A stretch of 64,000 bases of DNA from Octopus sinensis. Lineage: Eukaryota. The notes beneath the pieces were generated by a model that saw only the letters and a program-made list of their open reading frames with translations, searched no databases and was not told the origin of the DNA. The stretch is from NCBI RefSeq assembly GCF_006345805.1, contig NC_043009.1, forward strand, positions 28,210,001 to 28,274,000, read 5' to 3'. Shown here one piece after another: positions 1 to 11,459 of this stretch (position 1 is the first letter of the stretch; the number at the start of each line of letters is the position of its first letter). Position numbers and translations under genes: made by a program.

Positions 1-204
1 TTATTATTATTGTTACTGTTATTATCACGATCATCATGATCATGATCACCATCATCATCTTTGTTGTTGTTATCATCGCAACCATCGCCACCATCACCAT
101 CACCACAAGCATCATCATCATCGTCATCGTCATCATCGTAATCATCATCATCATCATCATCATCATTCCCATCAGCATTATCGTCATCGTTGTCATTATT
201 ATTA

Positions 205-265
<61 letters not shown>

Positions 266-919
266 TTTATCGCTCTTTGGCACCTCTCTAATTTTCATTC
301 TCACTTCCAAGTGAAAGGAATGTATTTCCTAGCTAATATCTAATTTGTGCATTTTTCGTTATCTATTTTTTAAAACTACATTTTTTTATTCATTTTTATT
401 TTTCTATCATTTATTTCTCTACTTTATTTATTTATTTACTATATTTTTTTTTTCAAAACTCATCTTGCTCTCTGTAATTTGATCACCAAACTAATCAATA
501 CAAAGCAGATGATCAATATGCCTAGAATTACTCAGTTTAGTTGTAGTAGTAGCAGGAGCAGTAGTAGTAGTGATAGTATTAGGAGTAGTAGCAGCAGCAG
601 TAGCAGAATCATCATTAAAGCGTAATGAGAAAAAATAAGCTTCTTACTTAAATAGTTTGGCATTTTTTAAATGGAACAGTTCTTGGCAGCTTCTCTGGTT
701 GCCATTCCTGTTCATACACATATGCGTATGTGTGTATATGTATATATCATATATGTGTATATACATATATATATATACAGACACACACACACAAATTCAT
801 ATATATATATTATATATATATATATATATTATATATTATATATATATATATTATATATATATATATACAGACACACACACACAAATTCATATATATATAT
901 ATATTATATATATATATAG

Positions 920-951
<32 letters not shown>

Positions 952-1103
952 ATATATATATATATACAGACACACACACACAAATTCATATATATATATA
1001 TACATATATAACCACAACATACAAATACACACACATGTATACATCATCATCGTTTAACATCCGCCTGATAAAGGAATATTTATGTGTGTATGTGTGTGTG
1101 TAT

Positions 1104-1135
<32 letters not shown>

Positions 1136-1486
1136 GGTTGATAGATAGATACACACATGCATATTGAAAGAGTATATGTATAGGTAGATATATAAAATAT
1201 ATATATACTTGTATAGCATATGCTTTTAATTCTGTTTGTACTAAAGAATTTAATGTGTTTGCTACATGATTCTGAGGAATGGGAGAGGAATCGGTTGATT
1301 TATTTGCATGAAATGTTTGACCAGAATTGTGACAAGAACACAGACACATAAATGCTCTCCATGCTCTCACTTAGTCCTGTGTTCCTGCATATAATTAACA
1401 TAAATTTATCTTCACCATGGAGAGGTTTGAGTCATCCATGTGATGTTGCAACATTTTACATATTTTTCTACATTGTACTTATTCTT

Positions 1487-1697
1487 CTATTCTTTTACTT
1501 GTTTTGGCCATTCTGGAGCACCCCCTTTAGTCAAACAAATCGACCCTAGGACTTATTCTATGTAAGCCTAGTACTTATTCTATCAGATTCTTTTGCTGAA
1601 CCGCTAAGTTGTGGGGATATAAACACACCAACATCAGTTGTCAAATGATGGATGGGGGACAAATGCAGACACACACACCACACACACACACACAGAC

Positions 1698-1730
<33 letters not shown>

Positions 1731-2092
1731 TTTATATATATATATTTATAGTAAATTCTAAAGAAGAACAACAAATTCAACAATTTGGTACACGTAAAGT
1801 ATTAGCAGACACTCAGGGAAGGAAAGAAAGATGGTTTAACATTTCAAGCAATGCTCTCCTTCAGAAACAGAAGAAAGTCCAATAGAAAGGAAGACGGAGG
1901 AAGAAAATCACCAATGATTCTCATGTGGTTACATTTTGAATATATATATATATATATGACAGGCTTCTTTCAGTTTCCAGCTACCAAATCCACTCACAAG
2001 GCTTTGGCCGGTGCAAGGCTATAGTAGAAGACACTTGCCTGAGGTACCATGCAGTGGGACTGACACCCAGAACCACAGCCACTCCTGTGCCT
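1487..2092 (-). mobile_element. tRNA-derived SINE (family A), split by an expanded internal microsatellite and a nested insertion
   Basis: 3' half at 1487-1680 and 5' half at 1956-2092 match the reverse complement of the complete copies at 54692 and 55667; 1749-1938 is a different repeat nested in the (CA)/(TA) centre. Confidence 0.75.
1834..1868 (-). ncRNA. Degenerate minimal hammerhead motif, family C
   Basis: Minus strand GTTT-CTGAAGG-A-GAGC-att-GCTT-GAA-ATGT-T-AAAC; same layout and flanks as the intact copy at 51503 but A9 changed to G and the ACGT palindrome changed to ATGT. Confidence 0.55.
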
Positions 2093-4160
2093 ATAATTGT
2101 CTTATATTTATTTTTCTATACTTGTTTCAGTAATGAGACTGTGGTCATGCTGGGGTACCACGTTGAAGAAAAGCACTTATTCTATCAGTTTCTTTTGCCG
2201 AACCATTATGTTACAGGGATGTAAACAAAACAACACCAGTTTTCAAGTGGCAGTGAGGAAAAAAGACAGACACAAAAACACATCACTAAGTGGACATCTA
2301 ATATCTAGACGTAGACCCCATATGGTCTGACCATCTAGCATATTGGATGTCCACTTAGTGGTCATCCCTCTTATATGTATGTAATATATATATTTATATA
2401 TATATGTATATATTTGTATGTCTGTTTGTCCCACCCCACCATCACTTGACAACTGATGTTGGTGTTTTATATCCTTGTAACTTTGTGGTTCAGCAAAAGT
2501 GACTAATAGAATAAATACTTGGCTTACAAAGAATAAGCCATGGGGTCAATTTGTTTGGTGCTCCAGCATGGCCACAGTCAAATGAATGAAACAAATAAAA
2601 AAGTAAAAGAATAATAGAATAACAGATCACATGGTGCTTGTGTATCAGCTGATCACATGATGCTACATGGTAAGGGCCTGGAGTCTGAATATTGAGGAAT
2701 TGCAGAGACTAGAAAGAAATTATGCCTCTTTGTCTCTCATTCTTCTGCCACCCAAAGCTCTTCTGTTACCTAAACACTGTCTCATCTCTCCCTCTTTGGC
2801 CCTCTGCTATGACCCTTCCATCTCTCTTTCCTTTTATGACCCTCTCTCCAAATTTATATCGCCTTCATGCTTTTCTCTCTTTCATGATTCCCACCTCCAT
2901 GTTTGCCATTGTTATGTGGGATTCCTCAAGTCATCTAACTTACAAGGATCCTGTCAAAATGACCAACCCATGCCAACATGGAAAGTAGACAAAAAAAATG
3001 ACGATGACGACAATGATTATGATGACGACGATGACGATGACAATGATGACGCCGCCGCCGATGATGATGATGATGATAACCTGTTTGTAAGTGTGTGTGT
3101 GTGTGTGGACAGATGGATAGATAAATTACTTGATAGACAGATAAGTTACATTAGCTAGGTGCTGTAAAATTAATGCCACATTGTATGTGGCAGTGCCCCA
3201 GCATGGCCACAGCCGTAGGGAACATATAAAAGTATATAGCTTGAAGACAGAGATATGTTCCATCTATTTGATGTACCAACAAACTTTGTGCTTCAAGAAA
3301 CTTTTTGTGTCAAAGTCTCCACTAACCAATGTTATAGAACTCAACATAATATTCCCTGCTGCCAACAAGTTTTATAGAAGAAAAGTTTAGCCCACAGCAG
3401 ACTGGAATTTCAACCTAGTTCTGCTTCTTGCTTGGAACCATTTCTTTTCATTGATGCCATTAGTAAGAGAAGAAAGACAACGATGACTGTATATTCTCAT
3501 TTCACTTTCTCTAAAGATTATGAACTTTTAAGCTTAGTGCAAAAGAGAACCAACAACACCCAACATTGTTCTTTTCCAGGAAATTGGTAAGATGCCAACC
3601 AAAAGACTAAAATGAACCTATCTAGATAATTACAATCAATTCTTTTTAAATGTTATGTCCCATCAGACTTAAGTACAAAATAGATTTTCTCTTCACAGTG
3701 CAGAATATCTAGATTCTTTTGACAATTAATATTCTCACTTCATTAAGACAATAATGAACCAGACAATAGGTATAGAATAGAAAAAACACTGTAAATAAAT
3801 AAATATACAAGAAAATTACATAACGTGATAGATAATTAGTTTAATTAATTGTATATAAGAATATAGGACATATGAATTAATTAATTAATTCTGGGTAAAA
3901 ATATTATCTGTAGATTTGTTCTATAATTGTTTCAGAATTATGCACCTCTTGTGAGAAAATATGCATTTAAAAAGGTAAGGATTGCAATTTATTTCAGAAA
4001 ACAAACTTAGTAAACTTAGAATATGAAGAAGCAGGGTGGGGTCTCTCTCTCTCTCTCGCTCTCTCTCTATCTATCTCTCTAAGGTGGTGAGCTGGCAGAA
4101 ATGTTAGCGCTCTGGATGAAATGCTTAGCGGTATTTCGTCTGTCGTTACGTTCTGAGTTC

Positions 4161-4201
<41 letters not shown>

Positions 4202-4626
4202 ATTGATGTATGAATGGCACCTTGGCCAAAAGTCTTCTACAATAGCCTCAGGTTGACCAAAGCCTAGTGAATTGATTTGGAAATGTGTGTGTGTGTGGTG
4301 TGTGTGTGTTGTGTGTGTGGTGTGTGTGGTGTGTGTGTGTGTGTGTGTGTTGTGTGTGTGTGTGTGTGTGTGTTGTGTGTGTGGTGTGTGTGTGTGTGTG
4401 TGTGCGTGTGTGTGTGTTTGTCTTCCCATTACTATTTAACAACTGGTGTTGGTGTGATTATATCACTGTAACTTAGCAGTTCAGCAAAAGAAAATGATAA
4501 TATAAGTACTAGGTTTTAAAAATAAAAAAAAAGTCCTGAGGTTGATTTGTTTGACTAAAAACCTTTCAAGGTGGTGCTCCAGCATAGTCGCAATCAAATG
4601 CCTGAAACAAATAAAAGAACAAAAGA

Positions 4627-4657
<31 letters not shown>

Positions 4658-5014
4658 TACACATATATACACAAATACATACATATATACATACACAGAT
4701 ATATGCACAAGCTGTAATAGTTCAGTATCTCTCTTCTTTTCCTAAGTTCAAACTCTTCTGAGTGAAACTATGTCTTTCATTTCTCTCAGGTTAATAAATA
4801 CCAGTAATTCATTGGGTTAATTAATGAATGTAGACCTCTTCTCTGTTGACATCTGACCTTGCACACAGCTGAAAGTAAGTAATCAATGTATTTATGTCAT
4901 TATTCTTAAAGAAGTATGTTTAATCTGTGGTAAGCTCTTTGATTAGTTTATACACCCTGTTATTACAGTAATTTTACATTGACTCGCAACTAATCAATAT
5001 TACAATGGACAATA

Positions 5015-5216
5015 CGGCGACGAGCTGGCAGAATCATCAATATACCAGGCAAAATGCTGGCAGGCATTTCATTCTGAGTTCAAATCCTGCTGGGATCGAC
5101 TTCTCCTTTTATTCCTTTTGGGGTTGATAAAATAAATGCCAGTTGAGCACTAGGGTCGATATAATCAATTTGTCCTCCTCCCCAAAATTTCAGGCCTTGT
5201 GCTGATAATGGAAAGA

Positions 5217-5249
<33 letters not shown>

Positions 5250-5478
5250 TTAAAGGTGGCAAGCTGGAAGAATTGTTGGCATGCCAGGCAAAATGCTTAA
5301 CAGCATTTTGTTTATCTTCACATTCTGGGTTCAAATCCTGCCAAGGTCAACCTTCTCTTTCATCCTTTTGGGGTCAATAAAATAAATGCCAGTTGAACAC
5401 TGGGGGTCGATGTAATCAATATGCCCCCACCCCAAAATTTCAGGCCTTGTGCCAATAATGGAAAGGATAATAATAATA

Positions 5479-5544
<66 letters not shown>

Positions 5545-5790
5545 TTAAAGGAGTATCATTATTATTGTCTTTCAGATTTTAGGGGTCAATAAAATGAGTC
5601 CCTGTTGAGCACTGGGGATCAATGTAATCGACTTAACCCTCTTCTGAAATTGTTGGTTTTGTGCCAAAATTAGAAACTATGGAGGATGGGCAGAATTCTT
5701 AGGGAATATTTTGTTGGATTTGGTTGTGGTTCAAATACTGCACTGGTCAACTTTACCTTTCGTCCCTCCAGGGTTGATAAAATAAAAACT
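5015..5790 (+). mobile_element. Cluster of four tandem SINE family B copies or fragments with (ATT)n tails
   Basis: Repeated 'gagctggcagaa...ttctgagttcaaatcc...catccttttggggtcaataaaataa...ccagttgagcactggggtcgat...ggccttgtgcc...attattatt'. Confidence 0.75.
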
Positions 5791-5835
5791 ACTGATGATT
5801 TCAAATATTCCTTTCCCTTATACCTGCTGATATTC

Positions 5836-5992
5836 TATTATGTCTAGGGAGAGTTATTCTCTTTTAAGGCCTTACTGGTTTGGTTTCCACTTATTTACTT
5901 ATTAGAAAAATAAATAAATGAGTGGAAATCGAACCAGTGAGTGTGTTAAGGTATAAGGCACTAAAAGAGAATGACTCTCCCCAGACACAATA
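5836..5992. mobile_element. Fold-back MITE-like element
   Basis: Outer arms tattatgtctagggagagttattctctttta / taaaagagaatgactctccccagacacaata and inner arms ctggtttggtttccacttattt / aaatgagtggaaatcgaaccag are reverse complements. Confidence 0.6.
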
Positions 5993-6122
5993 AAATATAC
6001 TTCAACACGTGAATTCACATAAAGAATCTTGCAAACTAAATCCAAAAGCAAAATGTGTTTTGGGGGTTATTATTGCTGAATTTTTTAATATCTCTTTATA
6101 ATCTTTGGTTCAGAAAATAATA

Positions 6123-6636
6123 ATGGCAGACCCTCAGCTTACTCAAGAAATGAAGAGGCATGCTGTTATTGTGGTTATAAAGGCTGAGCATAGCAATTTA
6201 CAAATATCTCGATTTTTAAAAGTTGCCAGATCTACAAAGTTTGTAAGGAGTTAGAGACTGATGATGGAAATGTATCACCAGTATCAAAGCATAAAAACTC
6301 TCTCAATGCTCTGAAATCATCAGAACACCCAACAGACTATAGATTACAATCCCAGAAAGTTCATGAGGTCAATTGCAAAAGATCTCCATGTGTCAGAAGA
6401 AACAGTCAGAAATAATGTCCATGAAGATATCAGATACAAGTCTTATGTGATGAGGAAAGGTCAATTTGTCAGAAAAAGTAAAAGAAAATCGCTACATCAG
6501 ATTTAAAGGAGCAAAGCACTTTGAATTGTTACCACCTAATGTAACAATCAATGCTCAAGTCTACTGTTAGCAATTAGAGCATTTGAACCAAGGCTCTTAA
6601 ACAAACAGAAAAACCCAGCTGAAGAAAATTTGATTT
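6123..6636 (+). pseudogene. Decayed Tc1/mariner-superfamily transposase N-terminus (maT/DD37D-like)
   Basis: Manual translation MADPQLTQEMKRHAVIVVIKAEHSNLQISRFLKVARS...VHEDIRYKSYVMRKGQF...KENRYIR with frameshifts; subfamily assignment is from memory. Confidence 0.55.
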
Positions 6637-7039
6637 AGTGAATCGAAAAAGAATGATGTTCATCAGGACAATGTGTGACCCCACACTGCACAGATCACAT
6701 CACAGAAGGTCGAAGAGCTTGGTTAGAAAAAATTCCTCATCCATCTTATTCTCCCGGCCTTGCTCCTTCAGACTACCATTTGTTTCGTAGTTTACAGAAT
6801 CATTTGGGGGACATAGCTTTCACAAGCCAGGAGGAAGTCGAAACTGACATTTCAGAGTTCTTTGCTTTGAAACCAAAAGAGTTTTACGTTAATGGGATTA
6901 AAAAGCTTGTAAATAGATGGAAGGAAGTCACAGATAATCAGGGAAAGTACATTGATGATTAAATTTCAATTAAATATGACATTTGATCACTTGTTTTCTT
7001 TATTCAAAATTCGGACAGAACTTATGGGATGACCTGATA
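6508..7039 (+). mobile_element. Decayed mariner (DD34D) transposase C-terminus plus right TIR
   Basis: ELLPPNVTINAQVYC at about 6523-6567; ORF 6675-6962 has PHPSYSPGLAPSDYHLFRSLQNHL and GIKKLVNRW...GKYIDD; TIR-like end cagaacttatgggatgacctga followed by TA. Confidence 0.85.
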
Positions 7040-7051
7040 TATATTTATATA

Positions 7052-7385
7052 AGACCCCCTTCAGTCATGAGTAATCATAGGATTGTACCTAGAAATTTCG
7101 CCCCTAGGCACAAGTCCAGGCAAGGTTGTTTATGGAAGACCAGCAGTCGCCCATGCATACCAGCCACCTCTGTCCACACCACTGATTTTATCCAAAGGAG
7201 GGGCAAAGGCGCCAATACAGCTTGGCACCAACAACACTGCAGCTCATTTCTATAGATGAGTGAGCTGGAGGATCATGAAATAAAGAGTCTTGCTCAAGAA
7301 CACAACACACAGCTTGGTCTGAGAATTGAGCACACAACCTCATGATTGTGTGCCTGTCACTCTAACCACTGAGCCATGCACCTTT
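7052..7385 (-). mobile_element. tRNA-derived SINE (family C)
   Basis: Minus strand starts with A-box tggctcagtggttaga and a degenerate B-box, then gtgttgtgttcttgagcaag; body differs from families A and B. Confidence 0.65.
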
Positions 7386-7438
7386 TTGGTGGTGGTAGTG
7401 GTGACAGTGGTAGCAGTGTTGTATATATGTTTGTGTGA

Positions 7439-7478
<40 letters not shown>

Positions 7479-7480
7479 CA

Positions 7481-8274
7481 ATTTAGGAGTGACCCTAACA
7501 GGTCATTCGTCCACCAGAAAGAGCAGCCATAACTCACACCGCCAAGTAGTAGTAATTCAGAAATTAGGTGAAAATTTAAAAACATTTACCCTAATTCATC
7601 TTTTAGACGTTGCAACGTTTCTGTGTCATTAATGATTAAATTAGCTTAATTAAATTAATTAAGCTAATCTACCATAGGTTACACTTCATCAGTAAAACCT
7701 GGGAGAGACAAATATACACGAGGCGTCTGTATCGATGCCTACGGAATATCTGTCTTAAAATTTTCAAGACTGACGTATTCGCGCCAAACTTATCAGCAGT
7801 AAATATAACTGCCGATTCAATCTCAGAATTATTCAGAAAATTATCAATTAGTCAATTTAGGGTAGCAAAAAAATTCAATAGAAATTATCGCTACAGCGGC
7901 CTGGTGGAAAAGAGAAAATAGTCATCGACTAAATATATAAATATAAAATTTAGGAGTGACCCTAACAGGTCATTCGTCCACCAGAAAGAGCAGCCATAAC
8001 TCACACCGCCAAGTAGTAGTAATTCAGAAATTAGGTGAAAATTTAAAAACATTTACCCTAATTAGGGTAAATGTTTTTAAATTTTCACCTAATTTCTGAA
8101 TTATACTACTTGGCGGTGTGAGTTATGGCTGCTCTTTCTGGTGGACGAATGATCTGTTAGGGTCACTCTAAATTGTTATATTTATATATTTAGTCGATGA
8201 CTATTTTCTTTTTCCACCGCCGCTGGTAGCGATAATTTCTATTGATTTTTTTGCTACCCTAAATTGACTAATTG

Positions 8275-8275
<1 letters not shown>
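7481..8275. mobile_element. ORF-less hammerhead-containing tandem/inverted repeat in (TA)n (retrozyme or Penelope pseudo-LTR like)
   Basis: 467-bp period (atttaggagt at 7481 and 7948); spacer-less fold-back centred at 8061/8062 with arms 7844-8061 and 8062-8275; (TA)n on both sides. Confidence 0.7.
7601..7697 (-). ncRNA. Type I hammerhead ribozyme motif, family A
   Basis: Minus strand TTTTA-CTGATGA-A-GTGT-(long insert)-ACAC-A-GAA-ACGTTGCAACGT-C-TAAAA: stem I 5 bp, 12-nt palindromic stem III, GUC triplet; A.A apposition at the base of helix II. Confidence 0.75.
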
Positions 8276-8313
<38 letters not shown>

Positions 8314-8317
8314 GTAT

Positions 8318-8359
<42 letters not shown>

Positions 8360-9907
8360 AACAACAACAATCTCTGTCAGTGCCACAAATAAGTAGTACA
8401 TGCACCGCTGCGATAAACATCATTACCACCACCACTACCACCACCACCATCACCACAAACACTAGCACCATCACCATCATTGTTGCCACTACCCATCGTT
8501 GACTAGCGACCATCACTGGCAAACTTAGCACACTCAACAACGCTATCACTGTTACCATCGCCACCACCGCCACTACCACTACCACAACACCAACCACCAA
8601 CCACCCACTACCGCCACCATCACCACCACCACTGCCACCACCACTACCACCACCACCACCACCACCACCTTCGAAGATGAAGGAATGTAAACTGATTACC
8701 CTATGATTATATCCTTTACATATTGTATATTGATTGGTTCAACCCCCGAAACCAGGGGGAAAAATGGATGGCATGAGTATCTAAAGTTTGAACTGAGTGA
8801 CACACTGGATGAAGGGAGGCGAGTGGGGCGGGCGGGGCGGGGCAAGGCAGGGAGAGACATTTAGGTCAAGACAATAAATTTGGATAATGTTTAGAGAAGA
8901 ACACAACAGAGGGAATGGAAAAGATAATGTGCCACCACCACCACCACCACCACCACCTCCAGTTTCATCTACACCACTCCATCTTTAAAGTCATCATCAT
9001 CATCACCACCATCATCACCATCATCATAACCGTCATCAATAATTGTGCATCTAATTATCAGCAACTCCACATCTAAACATCAATACCAGCATTTGATCCT
9101 ACTTTCCTCCCTCCCCCATTCTGCACCTTTCCCCATCCTCCTCCTCCTCCTCATCATCATCATCAACCCCCACCATCATCATCACTTTCCTCCTCCTCCT
9201 CCTCCTCCTTATCATCATCATCTGCACTACTGCAACTATCAGTAGTACGTTGTCCGATCATTGCCACCACTGCAAATACTACAACACCTAGAAAACTACT
9301 ACTTCCATAAACTACACTAATATCACACTCCACAACAACAACAGCAACAACACCAACATCACCACGATGTCGATACAACAGCATCGACACAAGTGTCACC
9401 ACCACCACCAACAACAACAACAAAAATAGCATCAACAACAACATGTTTTGCAAAAAAAGGATTAAAGAATAAGTTTTAAGGCTGGTGAAAGTGCATTACT
9501 TCTGATGGGAAATATGTGGGGTCGTACCTTTAATTAGAGGAAGAATTACTCCACCAACCTTTGCAATTTAAATAACTTATGTGAATTAATGAAAAAAATC
9601 TTATTCCCAGTTTTGCATTAGATTTGGTAAAACTCTTACACATAAGTAAGTTTCTTTAAATTCTGAGTTCAAATCACACCAAGATATTAGTTTTCTTTTT
9701 ATCTTTCTGTGTTTTGCGAAATAGGTGCCAGTCATCTTCTTGTTGATGGCTATTGACATTAAAAAATTTGCTTCTCACCTGTGTGGAGTTTGGGCTCAAT
9801 TTTACTATGTTACACCTTGAACAATTTTCTTGTATTATGTTCCAGGACAATTAATGTCTTAAGAGTGAATCTGGAAGATGAAACCATAGGAAACCCATCA
9901 TATCTGT

Positions 9908-9939
<32 letters not shown>

Positions 9940-10012
9940 TCATGCACACACACATGCATGTATATGTGTGTGTGTCATACTGATGGTTCATAAAAGAATG
10001 AAATGGTACTTT

Positions 10013-10278
10013 GATACAAAGTTCTCACATTCCAGGTTCCAACTCAGTCGGTACTTCTGCTAGTAACTGCAGCTTACTGACAGAGAATTTAGTGATGAAG
10101 GGAAAAGAAGCAGAGGATGATGGGTGATACGAACATCAAGCTTGATGAATTGGTTGGATGAAAGAAACCTTAAACATCAGAAAGTGGAACTGCTACAGAA
10201 AACAAAGAACAGAGAATGGCAGGACATGATTGCCTATGTCTTACATTCTGCAAATGGCACCTATAGAAGAAAGAAGAA
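10013..10278 (+). mobile_element. 5'-truncated RTE-type LINE 3' end with target-site duplication
   Basis: Encodes decayed GKRSRG...ELLQKTKNREWQDMIAYVL; (GAA)n tail; 13-bp direct repeat gaaatggtacttt at 10000-10012 and 10279-10291. Confidence 0.7.
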
Positions 10279-11343
10279 GAAATGGTACTTTACATGATTA
10301 GAAAAGACTAAACATTTTAAGCCCGTGATAAGAAAGAAAAAATATGTATATTTTAGGCATCTTCCTTATCTCCTAATTTCAGATTGAAACTTCTAATCCC
10401 ACCAAATATTATGAAGAAATAATTATCTCCCTTGTACTAACACTCCACTAGGGAACTCTATGTGTATATGTATGTGTGTGGGTGTGTGATTGTGTGTATG
10501 TGTGTATGTGCAAATGTCAATAAATGTTGATACCCCACACTCTCATGAGTGAACGTTTGAGTAAGATGGTGATTTGTTGGGGATATTCTCTGCTGACATT
10601 GCAACAAGCCACTCTCTGCTTTTGAAGATCTGTGGAATATAAAACCCATTAATTATAAAATGGTAAAGGGCAGTGACGGAGAGTAGGTTGCCATCCAACC
10701 CATGCTAGCATGGAAAAACAGATGTTGAACAAGCAAACAAATAAATGAACCACCCTTTCAAATATTTTAATGTCAGAATCGAAATAAAATATGATGAGTG
10801 AGAGATGTTAACGATCTGAAACAGCTATGGAAATGTTTATGGTTTTTTAAATAAAATTAAAAGCAAGTGTGTTATTTATCGTGCATGTTAAATATATAGT
10901 TTGTTATGTGCAATTCCAGTATGTTGGTGCTTCAAAGAAATCAGAGTAACAAACCCCTGTCTCCTTCTGTTAGATTTAATATCCCTTAATTTTATTTTGA
11001 CAAATATGAAAAATATCCAGACAAACCACTTGTGAATGTAACTCATGGTTTGGAAGGTTGCTGGAAATATTATGGCGAAAAATTATTAAAAAGAAAAAAA
11101 GAAAAAAAACAAATACAAAATGAAACAGAAAAGTAGTCATTTTAGCTTCTTTGCTTCGGTGTCGTACACTTACAGAAAATAAATTCTGATGCTACCTTAA
11201 TATAAAATGGTACAAAGTTATGTTTTGCAGGCATTAAAATGTTTGTTCAAAGAACTTTTACAAATATCTAGATTTTACAGACCCTGTCAGAAGAACAATG
11301 CCAACAAGCCAGAGATCACAGAATACATACATACATACATACA

Positions 11344-11377
<34 letters not shown>

Positions 11378-11406
11378 CATTCATACACGTGTGTGTACAT
11401 ACACAA

Positions 11407-11459
<53 letters not shown>

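Noticed and set aside
4790-4874. Plus-strand segment with good acceptor and GTAAGT donor
   Set aside because: Stops in all three frames; a non-coding exon cannot be supported from sequence alone.
8056-8067. CCCTAA-TTAGGG at the fold-back centre suggesting telomere fusion
   Set aside because: Only one telomeric unit per side, and it is part of the repeat unit already present at 7588.
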